A stretch of 64,000 nt of DNA from a virus, in IMG/VR virus record IMGVR_UViG_3300028569_002586, positions 1-64,000 of that record, one strand, 5' to 3'. Each line of letters opens with the position of its first letter. The stretch's first letter is position 1. A model generated the notes under the pieces. It was not told where the DNA came from, did not search any database, and worked only from the letters and a program-made list of their open reading frames with translations. Below, piece after piece: positions 19,016 to 29,884 of this stretch. The translations under genes and the position numbers were made by a program.

Positions 19016-20156
19016 GTAAGGAATAAGGGTCAGCAATAGGCTCAGCTTTAAGCGCTTTGAATTCAAAATTATCTAGATTAGATTTTATAGTGAGCTCATC
19101 ATCATTAATGAGTGTCAGTTCCCAATCATATGCCTTTAAGCCTAAATTGTTTGTTTCAAATACATAATCATTATCTTTAAAATTAATAAAAGTCAAATTG
19201 TTTACAAAATATATATTGCTAATACCATACTCACCACTAGAGAGCGTGTTTCTATCTAAGGGAAAACTAAAATAATGCAATGCATTGCCATCTTTTTTAA
19301 TTGCAATGGCTTTCTCACTCTGGTTGAACTCACCGTTTATAGTGCCGTAAATGTTGTATTTATAAAATTTAAAATCTTGAGCTAATGTTTCTAGGATTCT
19401 ATCTAGATAAAGTCGTTTATACTCAGAGTCTAATAAATCTAGATTTGAGCTTACTATAAAATCTGGTTTGGGGTTTAAAATATCCGGCCAATATTGTATA
19501 ATATCTAGTGGGGTATGTAGATTGAATAATGGTTTTCGATAGTCATATGCCTCCAATTTTGAAATAATTTCTTCGATTTCCTTGGAATTATTTTTATCGT
19601 AGCTAAGATAATTTACTATTTTTTCTTTATGTTCAATTATTTTCTCCAGCCATGCTCTCTTGCACTTGCCGACAATCTTTGGATTCTTACTGTTTAAATG
19701 CAAATCACTTATACCTAATACTTTTAATGCATTTTCAACGTTTGTACAATACTTGGTGTTTACTGGGTCAATATAAATTTTGCTTGACTCTTTTTTGAAA
19801 ACTGTATTATCTAAAATCTCTTTTTGTGCATTCAGTATTTTAGTTTGATCTTCAAGTGATAGATTATTTTTTTCAATATAAGCTGGATTATAATCCTCTA
19901 AATAAGGTAACCCTGCAGAGTGTATGAGTGATAAATAACATTTTATAAATCTTTTCTCTTTTACATCAAAACCAACAATTGAATTTTCAGTTTCAGTTGG
20001 TATGGAGAGATTTGGTACAGTCTTGTCTTGGAGTAAGAAATCTATAGCTAGATTATTATTAGTAAAGTAGATCTCTTTTCTTGATACCCCAATGTTATTA
20101 TATTCAAATTTTAAAATAGCTTTTTTAGCTAAATTTTTGTATATATCTTTAATCAT
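18987..20156 (-). CDS. hypothetical protein downstream of fibre genes
   Basis: 389 aa; ATGA-coupled to 20153..22471. Confidence 0.5.
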   Translation of the reverse strand: MIKDIYKNLAKKAILKFEYNNIGVSRKEIYFTNNNLAIDFLLQDKTVPNLSIPTETENSIVGFDVKEKRFIKCYLSLIHSAGLPYLEDYNPAYIEKNNLSLEDQTKILNAQKEILDNTVFKKESSKIYIDPVNTKYCTNVENALKVLGISDLHLNSKNPKIVGKCKRAWLEKIIEHKEKIVNYLSYDKNNSKEIEEIISKLEAYDYRKPLFNLHTPLDIIQYWPDILNPKPDFIVSSNLDLLDSEYKRLYLDRILETLAQDFKFYKYNIYGTINGEFNQSEKAIAIKKDGNALHYFSFPLDRNTLSSGEYGISNIYFVNNLTFINFKDNDYVFETNNLGLKAYDWELTLINDDELTIKSNLDNFEFKALKAEPIADPYSLLKETIVFEK

Positions 20157-22471
20157 GGGTAAGTTGCATTAAAAGCTCTGGTTAGTGGGGCCACATTTTC
20201 ATTTATTCCATAACCATTAGAATCAACTATCCATACATTATATGCTTGAACTGAACCATTGTTTACCACGTTATTATATGTCACAGACGGTGAAGCAATT
20301 TGCCAGCCTGACGGTATTCCACCTGTAGCAGGTGTTATTTTCACATAAAATGTACTTGTGACCATGTTACTAACACCAGTCACCACCACTGTGCCTTTAT
20401 TTGTCCTATTTGTTCCTGCACAATTAGTGCATCCTGGGTTTGAATTGGATGTGTAGCCAATGGAAAACCAGGGGCTAAACCATTTATATGCCCCTCTAAA
20501 TTCACTAATTCTGGCTGGTCTAAATGTACCGCCAGGCCCTGTGGGTGTCCAATTTGGTTTAGTTCCAATACCAGCCACTGTAATTGTGCCCATTTCAAGC
20601 TCATTGAGCAGCACCACGACTGATGGAGAGGATGCAAATGATCCTACATTTGTTGCAGGTTTTTGATCTAACGCCATGGCATTATTTTCACGAGTGTTGA
20701 GAGATGAATTAGTAGAATTAGTATCTATACCTGAATAATTACGTAAAAACTGGTTTATAGACCTGTATAGATTGGGAGAACCTGCTCCATACCCTGCAAT
20801 TGATAAAAACCCGGCAGAAGGCAATATGGTATTGTTACCTGCCACTGCAGATGACTGCACATCTACATAGATACTGTTGCTGGTGATAGTATTATTGAAG
20901 TATGTGTTAACTGCGTTAAAGGCACTCACACTGTAGAAGCCGTCATCTGTCAAATTGCCAATGAAAGTATACACCCTGTCTGTAGCCCCTGGTATAAAAG
21001 CTCCATTTTTTAGCCAATTATAAGTAGGAGCAGGATTACCAGAGTATTGTGTTGCTATAAAAATTTGATCACCATCAGTAGCTAGTAAAGTAGAAGGGGC
21101 AAATGCTGTTACAGAATTTGTGAATGCATATGGTTGTGTTACAACTGTAGCAGAAGTAAAGGTATCTATACCATCCGTATTTAACACATCTAAACCATTA
21201 TAAGAATAAGAGAGAGAGGCAGCAGATACAGGTAACAAAGCTCCTGTGGTGTTGCTAGCTGTTATTAGAGTATAACTAGGTGATGCATGAATGTTACTAC
21301 CAAATTGATTTCCAGGTGCAGAAGGTGACTCACCAAATGATAATCCTATGGTGTTGTTTAGCGTGACGGCATCTGTAGTTAAATTATAATTGTATACAAA
21401 TACCCCGCCTCTTTGAGGCAATCCGTTATCAAGATTAGGACACCCTACAAAAATATTTACTATGTTAGGAGTGCTTGGGTTGATTTGACTCACATCAACT
21501 GAATATCCAAAATATTGACTCTTGTTATTCCAAGGAGCAGGTGGTGTTAATACGTTTGTTTCAGTTAAATTAATTCCGTTCTTTCTATATAAGTAAACTT
21601 TACCATCACTAACTGTTTGTCCTGGAGCTCCAATAGCCAGGACATTATGATTGAAGCTTATGCTTGTACCAAAATTCTGATTGCTGGCTTTTGAGGATCT
21701 GTTTAGTGCAGTTGATGTTAATAACCCTGTGGCAGGGCTTGATGGGTTAAAAGTATATACAAATGCAGTGCCTGTCTCAGTAAACGTACTTTCAGTTCTT
21801 AAGTTATCAGTAACAACTATTAAATTATCATACCATGCAGAATCATATCCAAATTTACCTTGTGTGGAGGAATGACAGCGTAAAGGCAGCGGTGAAGTCA
21901 ATGTTTTATTATCTGTAGCCACAGAATATACCCATGCACTTCCAGGCACTGTAGCTGTGCTTCTCTCGGTAATTAAGACATATGCATTTGTTGGTGTTGA
22001 AGAAAGGGAAATGGAGTGTCCAAAAAAACCTGTTGGAGCAGATCTGGGTGATTCAAGTGTCTGATATCTTGCAAAAGAATTAAAACTGTTTGCACTTAAA
22101 ACATACACGTACCCAAATTCATTAGGTATAGATAAATTTGCAGCTATGGGTTCACTTGCTATTAGGAAAAAATTTGATGCACTTAGATTGGCTGTCTTGC
22201 CTATTAAATTAGTACTGATTCCAAAATACCCACCTAAATTGCCATTTGGGGGGTTGATTGATTGTTGTTCAATCCATTTGCCACCTATCATTTGATAGTT
22301 ATAAATCTTGCCGTTGTTAAAAATAGAGCTAAATTTTTTAAAAGGTGCGCCAAGAGTTAAGTAATTGGTACCACCTACTTCTAGAAAGGTTCTTCCTTTG
22401 CCTATGCCCAGTCCATCAGTATAGGTAGTGTTAAAATCAGAGTTAAATATAGCTTGATTGTATGTTGCCAT
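20153..22471 (-). CDS. putative adhesin: FG-GAP (integrin-alpha-like) beta-propeller + Ig-like domain
   Basis: repeated FGxS(I/V)...(L/F)xIGAP blades; GNPAPTYNWLKNG...DDGFYSVSAFN Ig signature. Confidence 0.7.
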   Translation of the reverse strand: MATYNQAIFNSDFNTTYTDGLGIGKGRTFLEVGGTNYLTLGAPFKKFSSIFNNGKIYNYQMIGGKWIEQQSINPPNGNLGGYFGISTNLIGKTANLSASNFFLIASEPIAANLSIPNEFGYVYVLSANSFNSFARYQTLESPRSAPTGFFGHSISLSSTPTNAYVLITERSTATVPGSAWVYSVATDNKTLTSPLPLRCHSSTQGKFGYDSAWYDNLIVVTDNLRTESTFTETGTAFVYTFNPSSPATGLLTSTALNRSSKASNQNFGTSISFNHNVLAIGAPGQTVSDGKVYLYRKNGINLTETNVLTPPAPWNNKSQYFGYSVDVSQINPSTPNIVNIFVGCPNLDNGLPQRGGVFVYNYNLTTDAVTLNNTIGLSFGESPSAPGNQFGSNIHASPSYTLITASNTTGALLPVSAASLSYSYNGLDVLNTDGIDTFTSATVVTQPYAFTNSVTAFAPSTLLATDGDQIFIATQYSGNPAPTYNWLKNGAFIPGATDRVYTFIGNLTDDGFYSVSAFNAVNTYFNNTITSNSIYVDVQSSAVAGNNTILPSAGFLSIAGYGAGSPNLYRSINQFLRNYSGIDTNSTNSSLNTRENNAMALDQKPATNVGSFASSPSVVVLLNELEMGTITVAGIGTKPNWTPTGPGGTFRPARISEFRGAYKWFSPWFSIGYTSNSNPGCTNCAGTNRTNKGTVVVTGVSNMVTSTFYVKITPATGGIPSGWQIASPSVTYNNVVNNGSVQAYNVWIVDSNGYGINENVAPLTRAFNATYP

Positions 22472-22474
22472 AAT

Positions 22475-24085
22475 TTATTGTTGGTTTTCTATTAATTTTT
22501 TTACTGCATCTAATAAAATAGGAATTAACTTAATGTAATTGACTCCTTTTTTACCATCATCTCTTTGAGAAACAATTTCTGGTAAATATTTTTCTACTTC
22601 TTGAGCTATGACACCATAATCATCTGTTCCGCTAAGATGATTATATGAATCTTTATTCCAAGTGAATTTATAAGAATTTAAATTTTTGAGTATATTAAAA
22701 GAATCAATTTCTTTTAAATTGCTTTTAAGTGTTGCATCAGAGGTATAATAAGCTACCACATCTGCTTTTGCAAAGACATTCCCTGAAACTAGAACATCAC
22801 CAACAACGTTTGTTGTGCCACCGGTAGACCCTACATTCACCACATTGCCTGAAAGATTTAAGTTATTTGTTGTTGTGTAACTGCATATGCCTGTGCTGGA
22901 AAGAAGAATTGAACCTGTGTTTAAAACTTTAAAGTCTGAACTGCTTCCAAAGAAAAGTGCATTTCCATTATTAACTAGTTTATATGTTTGGTTAGTACCT
23001 GGATCGTAATTAATAGCAACAACAGGACCATCTTTTACAACAAGATAAGGAAGAACACTGGTACCCTCAATTCTTAAGATACTTTGATTGACTCCTGATC
23101 CACCTTGTTTAATGACAACTGTGTCTGCATTTTCATTGTAATTAACAACACTCAGGGTGCTGGTAACAGTAACAATGGTATCCAGATAAGTCAAATCACC
23201 TACAACAGAGAGATTGCCAAATATTGTGGCATCTGTGGAAAAGAAAGCGGGGTCTCTGAATTGAGCTCTTCCATAAAAATCAAAATCTGGCACACCCACC
23301 ACACCAGTTCTTGCAGATGAGAAGCTCACCGTATGATTGCTGTTGCCAGTTAAGAATTTCTTCTTGCCAGCAAACAAGTTCAAAGTGGACTTGCCTTGAA
23401 TATCAAAATTACCAGAAACTGATTCAATGGTGGTATTGTTTGAAGCAGGTCTTGTGGTGATGCAAATCTGATTGGGGCTCACATTGGAGTCATTGATAAA
23501 CAAACTATCAGACACATTGACTCTGGCATCAAAATTGTTTCTTACTGTGCGGTTACCCACATTACCAAGGTAAAAACTGTTGTTGGCAGCACATAAAGAC
23601 ATGTACTGTGCATCAAATTGTATTTGACCAAATATACTTTGAATGGTGTACTGTGGGAATACCAATGGTGTATCAGGGAAGCCAAGAGCAAACCCCTCAC
23701 CCATGGCATCAGGAGAAATTCTAATCTTATTTTCAGCAGGATCTTGTTCAATGGTGAACAATCCATTGAGCAAATTTTGATAGAATTTTGGACCTATGTT
23801 AAGCCATGTGCTATTGCCATTGTAAGCATAGGGTATATTGTTTTCGTAAATGGTGTCGCCTATAGTGGCATATGCTACATATGCAGATTTGTCACCAGTT
23901 TCGCCCAAGAACTTGTTTCCTGCAGGTGAACCACCCAGAGACACACCATCACCCACAAAAAGTCTTCTGGTGTCAATAGAGTAACCAAGCTCACCTTCTG
24001 TGAGTACTGTTTGTAATCTTTCAGATTCTAATCCTCTGCGAACTAGAATTTTGATAATACTATCTGATGTGATTTGAACTGCCAT
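22475..24085 (-). CDS. tail fibre with Mtd_N-like N-terminus and C-terminal S74 intramolecular chaperone
   Basis: KILVRRG...LTEGELGYSIDTRRLFVGDG; YTSDATLKSNLKEI...YGVIAQEVEKYLPEIV...VNYIKLIPILL. Confidence 0.85.
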   Translation of the reverse strand: MAVQITSDSIIKILVRRGLESERLQTVLTEGELGYSIDTRRLFVGDGVSLGGSPAGNKFLGETGDKSAYVAYATIGDTIYENNIPYAYNGNSTWLNIGPKFYQNLLNGLFTIEQDPAENKIRISPDAMGEGFALGFPDTPLVFPQYTIQSIFGQIQFDAQYMSLCAANNSFYLGNVGNRTVRNNFDARVNVSDSLFINDSNVSPNQICITTRPASNNTTIESVSGNFDIQGKSTLNLFAGKKKFLTGNSNHTVSFSSARTGVVGVPDFDFYGRAQFRDPAFFSTDATIFGNLSVVGDLTYLDTIVTVTSTLSVVNYNENADTVVIKQGGSGVNQSILRIEGTSVLPYLVVKDGPVVAINYDPGTNQTYKLVNNGNALFFGSSSDFKVLNTGSILLSSTGICSYTTTNNLNLSGNVVNVGSTGGTTNVVGDVLVSGNVFAKADVVAYYTSDATLKSNLKEIDSFNILKNLNSYKFTWNKDSYNHLSGTDDYGVIAQEVEKYLPEIVSQRDDGKKGVNYIKLIPILLDAVKKLIENQQ

Positions 24086-24086
24086 G

Positions 24087-24776
24087 TTATGGTGCCACCT
24101 TTATTATGTTGCCTGCTCCTACATCTCTCCAGAGCTGACCAGAACGCAACCCACCAACACTTGTGGGCAAGCTAGAAATTGCAAGATCTGTGCCATTCAT
24201 TGTTTTTCCTGAGTAATTGAAACTATTAATATTTAAGTTTGCTTCGTTCACTGAAAGAGCACCACTGATAATCTGAATTTTTACATTATCATAATTCACC
24301 TTCACAGGGCTTGTGGATGTGGTTCTTGCCAGGCCTTGTGTCAGATCATATGCACTGGAATTGATTTGTGCTGCACTGACCCCATTTGTGCTTACTTGCA
24401 GATTGCCACCTGCAGTGTAAGAAATAGTCAATCCATCTGTCTTGGCTCCTACAAATTGATATGCATCAGGATTGGAATAATCAGGGAAATTAAAAGCATC
24501 AGAACCTGACAAGGTGTAAAGCTTGCCAGTATTAACACTGAAGACCAAGTCACCTACTTGAGCAGTTGTTAATCCTGCACCTGTATTGACATTAGCATTG
24601 TAATAGAACTTGTTTCCAGCAGGAAACCCACCTTTTGTGACACCGTCACCCACAAAAAGACGGCGAGAAGCTGCATCTGTTACATAGCCCAACTCACCAT
24701 TATCTAGTGTTACTAGCTTTCTTTCAGAATCTAAGCCTCTGCGCAATTTGAGCTTAATGACATTTACTGTGGCCAT
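24087..24776 (-). CDS. short fibre protein with Mtd_N-like N-terminus
   Basis: KLKLRRG...LDNGELGYVTD...RRLFVGDG, homologous to the next gene. Confidence 0.7.
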   Translation of the reverse strand: MATVNVIKLKLRRGLDSERKLVTLDNGELGYVTDAASRRLFVGDGVTKGGFPAGNKFYYNANVNTGAGLTTAQVGDLVFSVNTGKLYTLSGSDAFNFPDYSNPDAYQFVGAKTDGLTISYTAGGNLQVSTNGVSAAQINSSAYDLTQGLARTTSTSPVKVNYDNVKIQIISGALSVNEANLNINSFNYSGKTMNGTDLAISSLPTSVGGLRSGQLWRDVGAGNIIKVAP

Positions 24777-24808
24777 TAAAATTATTTATTAATAAACACC
24801 GATTTTCA

Positions 24809-26434
24809 CTAGCTTAATGTAATAATTGCACCAGATAAAGGTCTGTAAACCACTTCATCTCTGAGCGCATCCAATAGATTAGCCTGAATATTGTAGATAT
24901 CTGTGAAGCACCTGTTGACTACAGCATTTTGAAACACTTCATCCTTGCCAACAAACCCTTCAATATCAGATTGAAAGAAAGTGCTGTTTCTCTCCTCAAT
25001 GGTGAGATAGCGGGTAAACTTAAACACCAGATTGCCTCTGCTATCTCTACTGAACAAGAATTTGCCAATGATTTGGTCTCTCAAACGCATGAGATTCAAT
25101 AAAAGCTTGGATATGGATTTATTGAACACCCAGCTTTGCACATACTCTTCATTGTCCAGTTTAATTTCATCAAACGTATACACATCAAAATCAGGTATGG
25201 TGAGTACATCATACAGATTTGCATTATCAAAGAAAGAAGCAAATGTTCCTGTATTATTGTATGTGGAGTAAAGTATGTTTCTGTCTCCACCACCATTAGA
25301 TATGGAAGTGAACCCACGAATCAATTGTGGGGTATTAAATTTGTACAAATAGAGCAAATATCTTCCCACAGTTTCTAAAGGCAAATTAACAAACTTTTTA
25401 TAAACATTCTTATCACTTACAACATAAAAGATATTATCATCTGATTGTGAGAAAACTATGTCACGAAATGTTTCAGGTTCCACAGATGTACCAGTTAGGG
25501 AAATTACTGTTTTAGTTTTAAATTCACTATCATATTTAAAAATTGTGAGATTTCCATTGAGAATGTACAAGTTGCCAGAACTGTCCACTCTGATTTTAAT
25601 AGGATTTGTGCTCAGAAGATCTCTCTGCAGCCCATAAGTGGCTTGCCAGTTTAAATTTTCATTGTATGTCTTAACACATGCATTTCCTGCGTCCAATACA
25701 TACACTGTGTTTTCATGAGAGCATATGCTGTTGGGGTTTAAAAATTCTAGTTTATCATATATGGTGCCTAGGCCGCCTATGGATTTTTTAAAAAATAGTC
25801 TGTTCTTAAGAACTGTGTCACTGTTCAAATACCCTGTGGCATCATATTGGTAGAGTATATGTGCACTTAGATCAATGACAAGCAAGCTGTTGTTTGGACC
25901 AAAAGACAAATCACTTACTTGCTGAAAGTTTATTGCTGTGTAAAACTCTGTATCATAACTTTCAGAGCTAAGAACCACTGCAAAGCTAGTTTCATTTTTA
26001 TCAGAATTAATGGTGATGATGTCTCTTCCTGTGCTGGCAAACATGGAGTATCGATTCTCTTCAGTATTATTTGCAGCAATGAGTGTATTGATATTATCTA
26101 ATTTATTCAAGGCTACAGTTGCAAAAGGATCAAACTGTGAAGTCGATAAATTCCTGCACCAAGTAGCTGCATTGCTTGAAGATGAAACACCAGCAATGGC
26201 AGTAGAAGACACAGGAATAATATTAGAAGATATTTTGCATGATTTGTACAGATACAAGAAATTATCATACAAATGCTTGAGTTTTAGGTTGACCAATCCT
26301 GCAGTGACTGTGTCATTTGGCGCAATAACAACCTTTTCAAGATTGTATGGCAGGTTGATACCATAACCAATGAATCTGTCATACAGCAGCCCTGAGTTAT
26401 TGAATTCTGTTTGTATGTTCATTAGTTGCTCCAT
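24809..26434 (-). CDS. virion/baseplate protein with NHL-type propeller
   Basis: FLNPNSIC...VYVLDAGNACVK; PIKIRVDSSGNLYIL; position in structural operon. Confidence 0.6.
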   Translation of the reverse strand: MEQLMNIQTEFNNSGLLYDRFIGYGINLPYNLEKVVIAPNDTVTAGLVNLKLKHLYDNFLYLYKSCKISSNIIPVSSTAIAGVSSSSNAATWCRNLSTSQFDPFATVALNKLDNINTLIAANNTEENRYSMFASTGRDIITINSDKNETSFAVVLSSESYDTEFYTAINFQQVSDLSFGPNNSLLVIDLSAHILYQYDATGYLNSDTVLKNRLFFKKSIGGLGTIYDKLEFLNPNSICSHENTVYVLDAGNACVKTYNENLNWQATYGLQRDLLSTNPIKIRVDSSGNLYILNGNLTIFKYDSEFKTKTVISLTGTSVEPETFRDIVFSQSDDNIFYVVSDKNVYKKFVNLPLETVGRYLLYLYKFNTPQLIRGFTSISNGGGDRNILYSTYNNTGTFASFFDNANLYDVLTIPDFDVYTFDEIKLDNEEYVQSWVFNKSISKLLLNLMRLRDQIIGKFLFSRDSRGNLVFKFTRYLTIEERNSTFFQSDIEGFVGKDEVFQNAVVNRCFTDIYNIQANLLDALRDEVVYRPLSGAIITLS

Positions 26435-29400
26435 TTGATGTTGTTGACTTTAATGTAAGCAGGCACTGTCTTGGCCAACAAAGTGTAGATGCGCTTTTCA
26501 ATTTCAAAGCGAAGATCCTTGTTTGTAATGCCACTGTTCTTCAGCACGATGTTCATCAATGTAGATTTATTTCCAGGTATCTGGAATTTAAAGTATCTTT
26601 CTATCTCTTCTAAATAATTTCTGCGTCCACAGGCCATATCAAAGATCAAGTCTTGAATATTTGCACTGTTAGCTTTGGCATGAAAAGCAATATCAAAATA
26701 ATTCAAAGCATCACTGTACAGGTAGAAGTTTTTAATGGATATGTTTCTTGTATTAAAATCATTGTCTTTGATGTATTCAAAAAGTGGTATGGAATTGGAG
26801 TAAGGGCTTGTGCCTACAAAGAAGGGCCTCTCAATAATACCAGAAAATCCATATTTTCTTGGAGCAAATTCTTGATACCCAACAATCTGATTGTCAATGA
26901 GAAAGTATGCATTCCCATAATATGTATCAACTCTGAATACAAAATTATGCCACCCTGGGTCAACTGCTGACAAATTGTAAACCATGTTCAAATAGCTCAC
27001 ATCAAAAGGATTGAAAGCATTGACAAATTTCAATTTGAAGTTTAAATTGGCATCTGGGTACAAATCCCGTACATATTCTCTTAGAAAATCAGTGTTGATT
27101 AATGGCAGGGTAACAGCAGAAAGATTGTAATAATTGAATGTACTGACCAAAGTACCGTAGCTATTGTACTTGTAAAAAGCAACATTCTTGGATGCAACAG
27201 AAGACATGGCATACACAATGGCATGGCTGTCCAGACCATTGTTGTTATCCAATTCATATGTGAAATCTATGTCCAGTCCAACACCACTCAAGTTGGGTAT
27301 GTAACCAGATATCTGAAATACATGGCTGCTGTTAAATTTTGCAAATTGATTATTGCTATAAAGAAGCCAGATGTTACCATCCATGTCAATGTTGAAGCTG
27401 TTGATCTGTGTACTTGAAGCAAACACTTGTGTTACATTCTTATTTGCGACATTTAAAATATTTTCCCATTTATAAACTGCATTTGTACCTATTTTAAAGT
27501 AGATGTCTGTGCCTATTCTTCTTGCTTTGCTTCCTCCTGTGAGATACAAAGTGTCATCATAGACGTTTAATGTGGTTGCATTAGACAATGAGGTCAAATA
27601 CCGCTCATAATTAATTGTGGCTGTCACGTCTTCTACTCTGCCAGTGTCAAGGTACACTTGATACAGCAATCTGCCTGGATGAGTATTAACCAAGAAATAA
27701 GCATTATCCTCATCATGATCATAATCCACTATGCTGGCCAGTGCAGGTGTATTAAATGCATACACTTGAACATTGTTATTGTTGTACTTGGCGAATGTGC
27801 CATCAGTAAATAATACAAAATAGTCATTGAATCCTTCTCTTCTGATGATTGCTGTGGCAGAAGCTGGCATCTCCACAGTGTGCAATGTGTCAAAATTGAG
27901 ATTTGTTATGTTCAAAGCGCTTCCAGCAAACATGAATATGGTGGGGGTGAGATAGTTTACATTGTACACACCAAAACCATCATTGGAATAGTTGCCTAAC
28001 AGTTGATAAGCAAAAGGTCTGGTCCAGTCACTGTTGTATGCATCAAAAATTACTGTGAAATTGTTGCTGTCTTGAATTGCAGATAGATTATTCGTTATGG
28101 CATAGCTGGTTTTATTGAAAGTGTATATGCCATTATTCTCCAGGTCTGCACCATTCACATTTTTATATGTGTCCAGATCTTTTTGAACTAATTTTGCTGT
28201 TAATGACTTGAGGAAATTGTTGCTAAATTCTGGTCCAATGTGTTGATAAGCATAATAGGTGCCTGCTTCAAACATGACACTGGATGGCACATCAAACACT
28301 GCAACATCACCTGCTCTTTGTTGCACTTCACTTAAGAAGCATTCAAACACAGAATTGTATTCAATGGCATTGAATGTTGCAGATGTGAGAGCATTGATAT
28401 AAGAAGTTTTATCTGGGTTGTAGTATCTGTCCACCCATGTGGGTTTGACTGTGGGGTCAATGCTGCCAGAAAGCCATGCACACAAGAAATCACCAGATGT
28501 TTCTTCAGCAGTATCACCAAAATAGCTGGTGGCTTTGTAATCTGCTTTTTTCTTGAACACTTTGTCTGCTTTGAGTGGATGATCACCAGCAATGGCACCT
28601 GCTTCTATGAGTCCAGAATCATTGATGTTCAATCTCTTGAATGGATAAAAATTTTGTGGTATGTGAAAGTAAGTTACCTTGTCTTTTTTGAAAGTGATGT
28701 TGGATGTGTAACTCTCATAGTTTGTAGTGACATTGTCATTACCAAGTGTTTGATTGGAGCCAGTGAACAGAGATTTATAATCTCTCATGTTCACTCTCTC
28801 TTCATCAAAGAAAGGATTGTTTCTGGATTGATAGTTCTCTGGGGTATTGGTATTTTTAAGGGAAAGAAGATTCACATTCAATGTGTTGCCTGAAATGGTG
28901 AAATATTCATTATTGACTAAGAAATTATCTTTGGTATCTGCATAGCTCAAATCAGGATTAACAGGCAGAGAGTTGTTTTTTAAATTCTTTTGGTATGCAA
29001 CCCATGGATCCACTAACAAGGTGCTGTTGGGTGCTTCATTTCTTGCAACACATCTGAAGATGGAATTGTTACCATATGCTTGAGTGCTGCCAGTGAGTGT
29101 ATCCACAAGTGTGATGGCAGCCAGATCTGGATTATAAGTAACATACTTGATGATGTCATTAATATTTTTTTGTAACACAATGAATTCATTGCTTCTGTCA
29201 TAAATGTACAGGAAAATTTGAGGAGAATATATGCCCAACCCATCTGTACCTGCATCTTTGACAAAACTCAAATTGCCTGTGTAATCAATGGTCAAATATC
29301 TCTTGACACCATTATTTTCATGAGCAATTTTGCAGAGCACATCATTGATGAACACAATTTCAACAAAGTATCTGTTGTCAATTTTTTCATAAGTGCCAGA

Positions 29401-29757
29401 AACTGCCACATTGGCCACATTTATACCAATGTCAGGTTCTTGTACCACCCAGAATCTGGAAAGAGGTGTGATGAAATTCAATGCATTGGCTGCAAGATAT
29501 GTGGAGAATCCTTCATCTGGAAGTGGATCTAGTGCTTCCAATGTAACATAATCATTTAATCCTGCTTTTTTACTCAGATACAGATTGGAATAGTTGTTGG
29601 TTGCAGTGTCATTTGCTTCTTTGAAAAGGTTTGCAAATGAGAAGTTTACAGTGTTTTCAGTGTATACAATGTTGCTGTCTATCTTGAGGTTTTTATCAAA
29701 AGAATAGTTAGCAGTTAAAGGTACAAAGCTTCCAGATAATAAGCCGAATACTTGCAT
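26422..29757 (-). CDS. large baseplate/virion structural protein
   Basis: 1111 aa; propeller-like and LamG-like (GWHNFVFRVD...YFLIDNQIV) segments; late promoter upstream. Confidence 0.6.
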   Translation of the reverse strand: MQVFGLLSGSFVPLTANYSFDKNLKIDSNIVYTENTVNFSFANLFKEANDTATNNYSNLYLSKKAGLNDYVTLEALDPLPDEGFSTYLAANALNFITPLSRFWVVQEPDIGINVANVAVSGTYEKIDNRYFVEIVFINDVLCKIAHENNGVKRYLTIDYTGNLSFVKDAGTDGLGIYSPQIFLYIYDRSNEFIVLQKNINDIIKYVTYNPDLAAITLVDTLTGSTQAYGNNSIFRCVARNEAPNSTLLVDPWVAYQKNLKNNSLPVNPDLSYADTKDNFLVNNEYFTISGNTLNVNLLSLKNTNTPENYQSRNNPFFDEERVNMRDYKSLFTGSNQTLGNDNVTTNYESYTSNITFKKDKVTYFHIPQNFYPFKRLNINDSGLIEAGAIAGDHPLKADKVFKKKADYKATSYFGDTAEETSGDFLCAWLSGSIDPTVKPTWVDRYYNPDKTSYINALTSATFNAIEYNSVFECFLSEVQQRAGDVAVFDVPSSVMFEAGTYYAYQHIGPEFSNNFLKSLTAKLVQKDLDTYKNVNGADLENNGIYTFNKTSYAITNNLSAIQDSNNFTVIFDAYNSDWTRPFAYQLLGNYSNDGFGVYNVNYLTPTIFMFAGSALNITNLNFDTLHTVEMPASATAIIRREGFNDYFVLFTDGTFAKYNNNNVQVYAFNTPALASIVDYDHDEDNAYFLVNTHPGRLLYQVYLDTGRVEDVTATINYERYLTSLSNATTLNVYDDTLYLTGGSKARRIGTDIYFKIGTNAVYKWENILNVANKNVTQVFASSTQINSFNIDMDGNIWLLYSNNQFAKFNSSHVFQISGYIPNLSGVGLDIDFTYELDNNNGLDSHAIVYAMSSVASKNVAFYKYNSYGTLVSTFNYYNLSAVTLPLINTDFLREYVRDLYPDANLNFKLKFVNAFNPFDVSYLNMVYNLSAVDPGWHNFVFRVDTYYGNAYFLIDNQIVGYQEFAPRKYGFSGIIERPFFVGTSPYSNSIPLFEYIKDNDFNTRNISIKNFYLYSDALNYFDIAFHAKANSANIQDLIFDMACGRRNYLEEIERYFKFQIPGNKSTLMNIVLKNSGITNKDLRFEIEKRIYTLLAKTVPAYIKVNNIKWSN

Positions 29758-29759
29758 TA

Positions 29760-29789
29760 TAATTATTTAAAGAAAAAACTGCATTTTAA
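29760..29789 (-). promoter_or_regulatory. late promoter within 30-bp direct repeat, copy 1
   Basis: taattatttaaagaaaaaactgcattttaa identical to 30828-30857; TAAATA 6 nt before ATG at 29757. Confidence 0.8.
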
Positions 29790-29826
29790 CAGGATAACTT
29801 ATGATGTAATGAAGAATGTTATATTA

Positions 29827-29884
29827 TCAAGGGTGGGATGCTTTGTATGCATCAAACTCTTGTTTGAGCTCTTGTATGGCCTTG
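29827..29884 (-). pseudogene. relic C-terminus of an S74-type tail-fibre gene
   Basis: minus strand reads KAIQELKQEFDAYKASHP*, resembling the terminal coiled coil of S74 chaperone fibres; upstream part is tRNA antisense, not fibre sequence. Confidence 0.55.
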
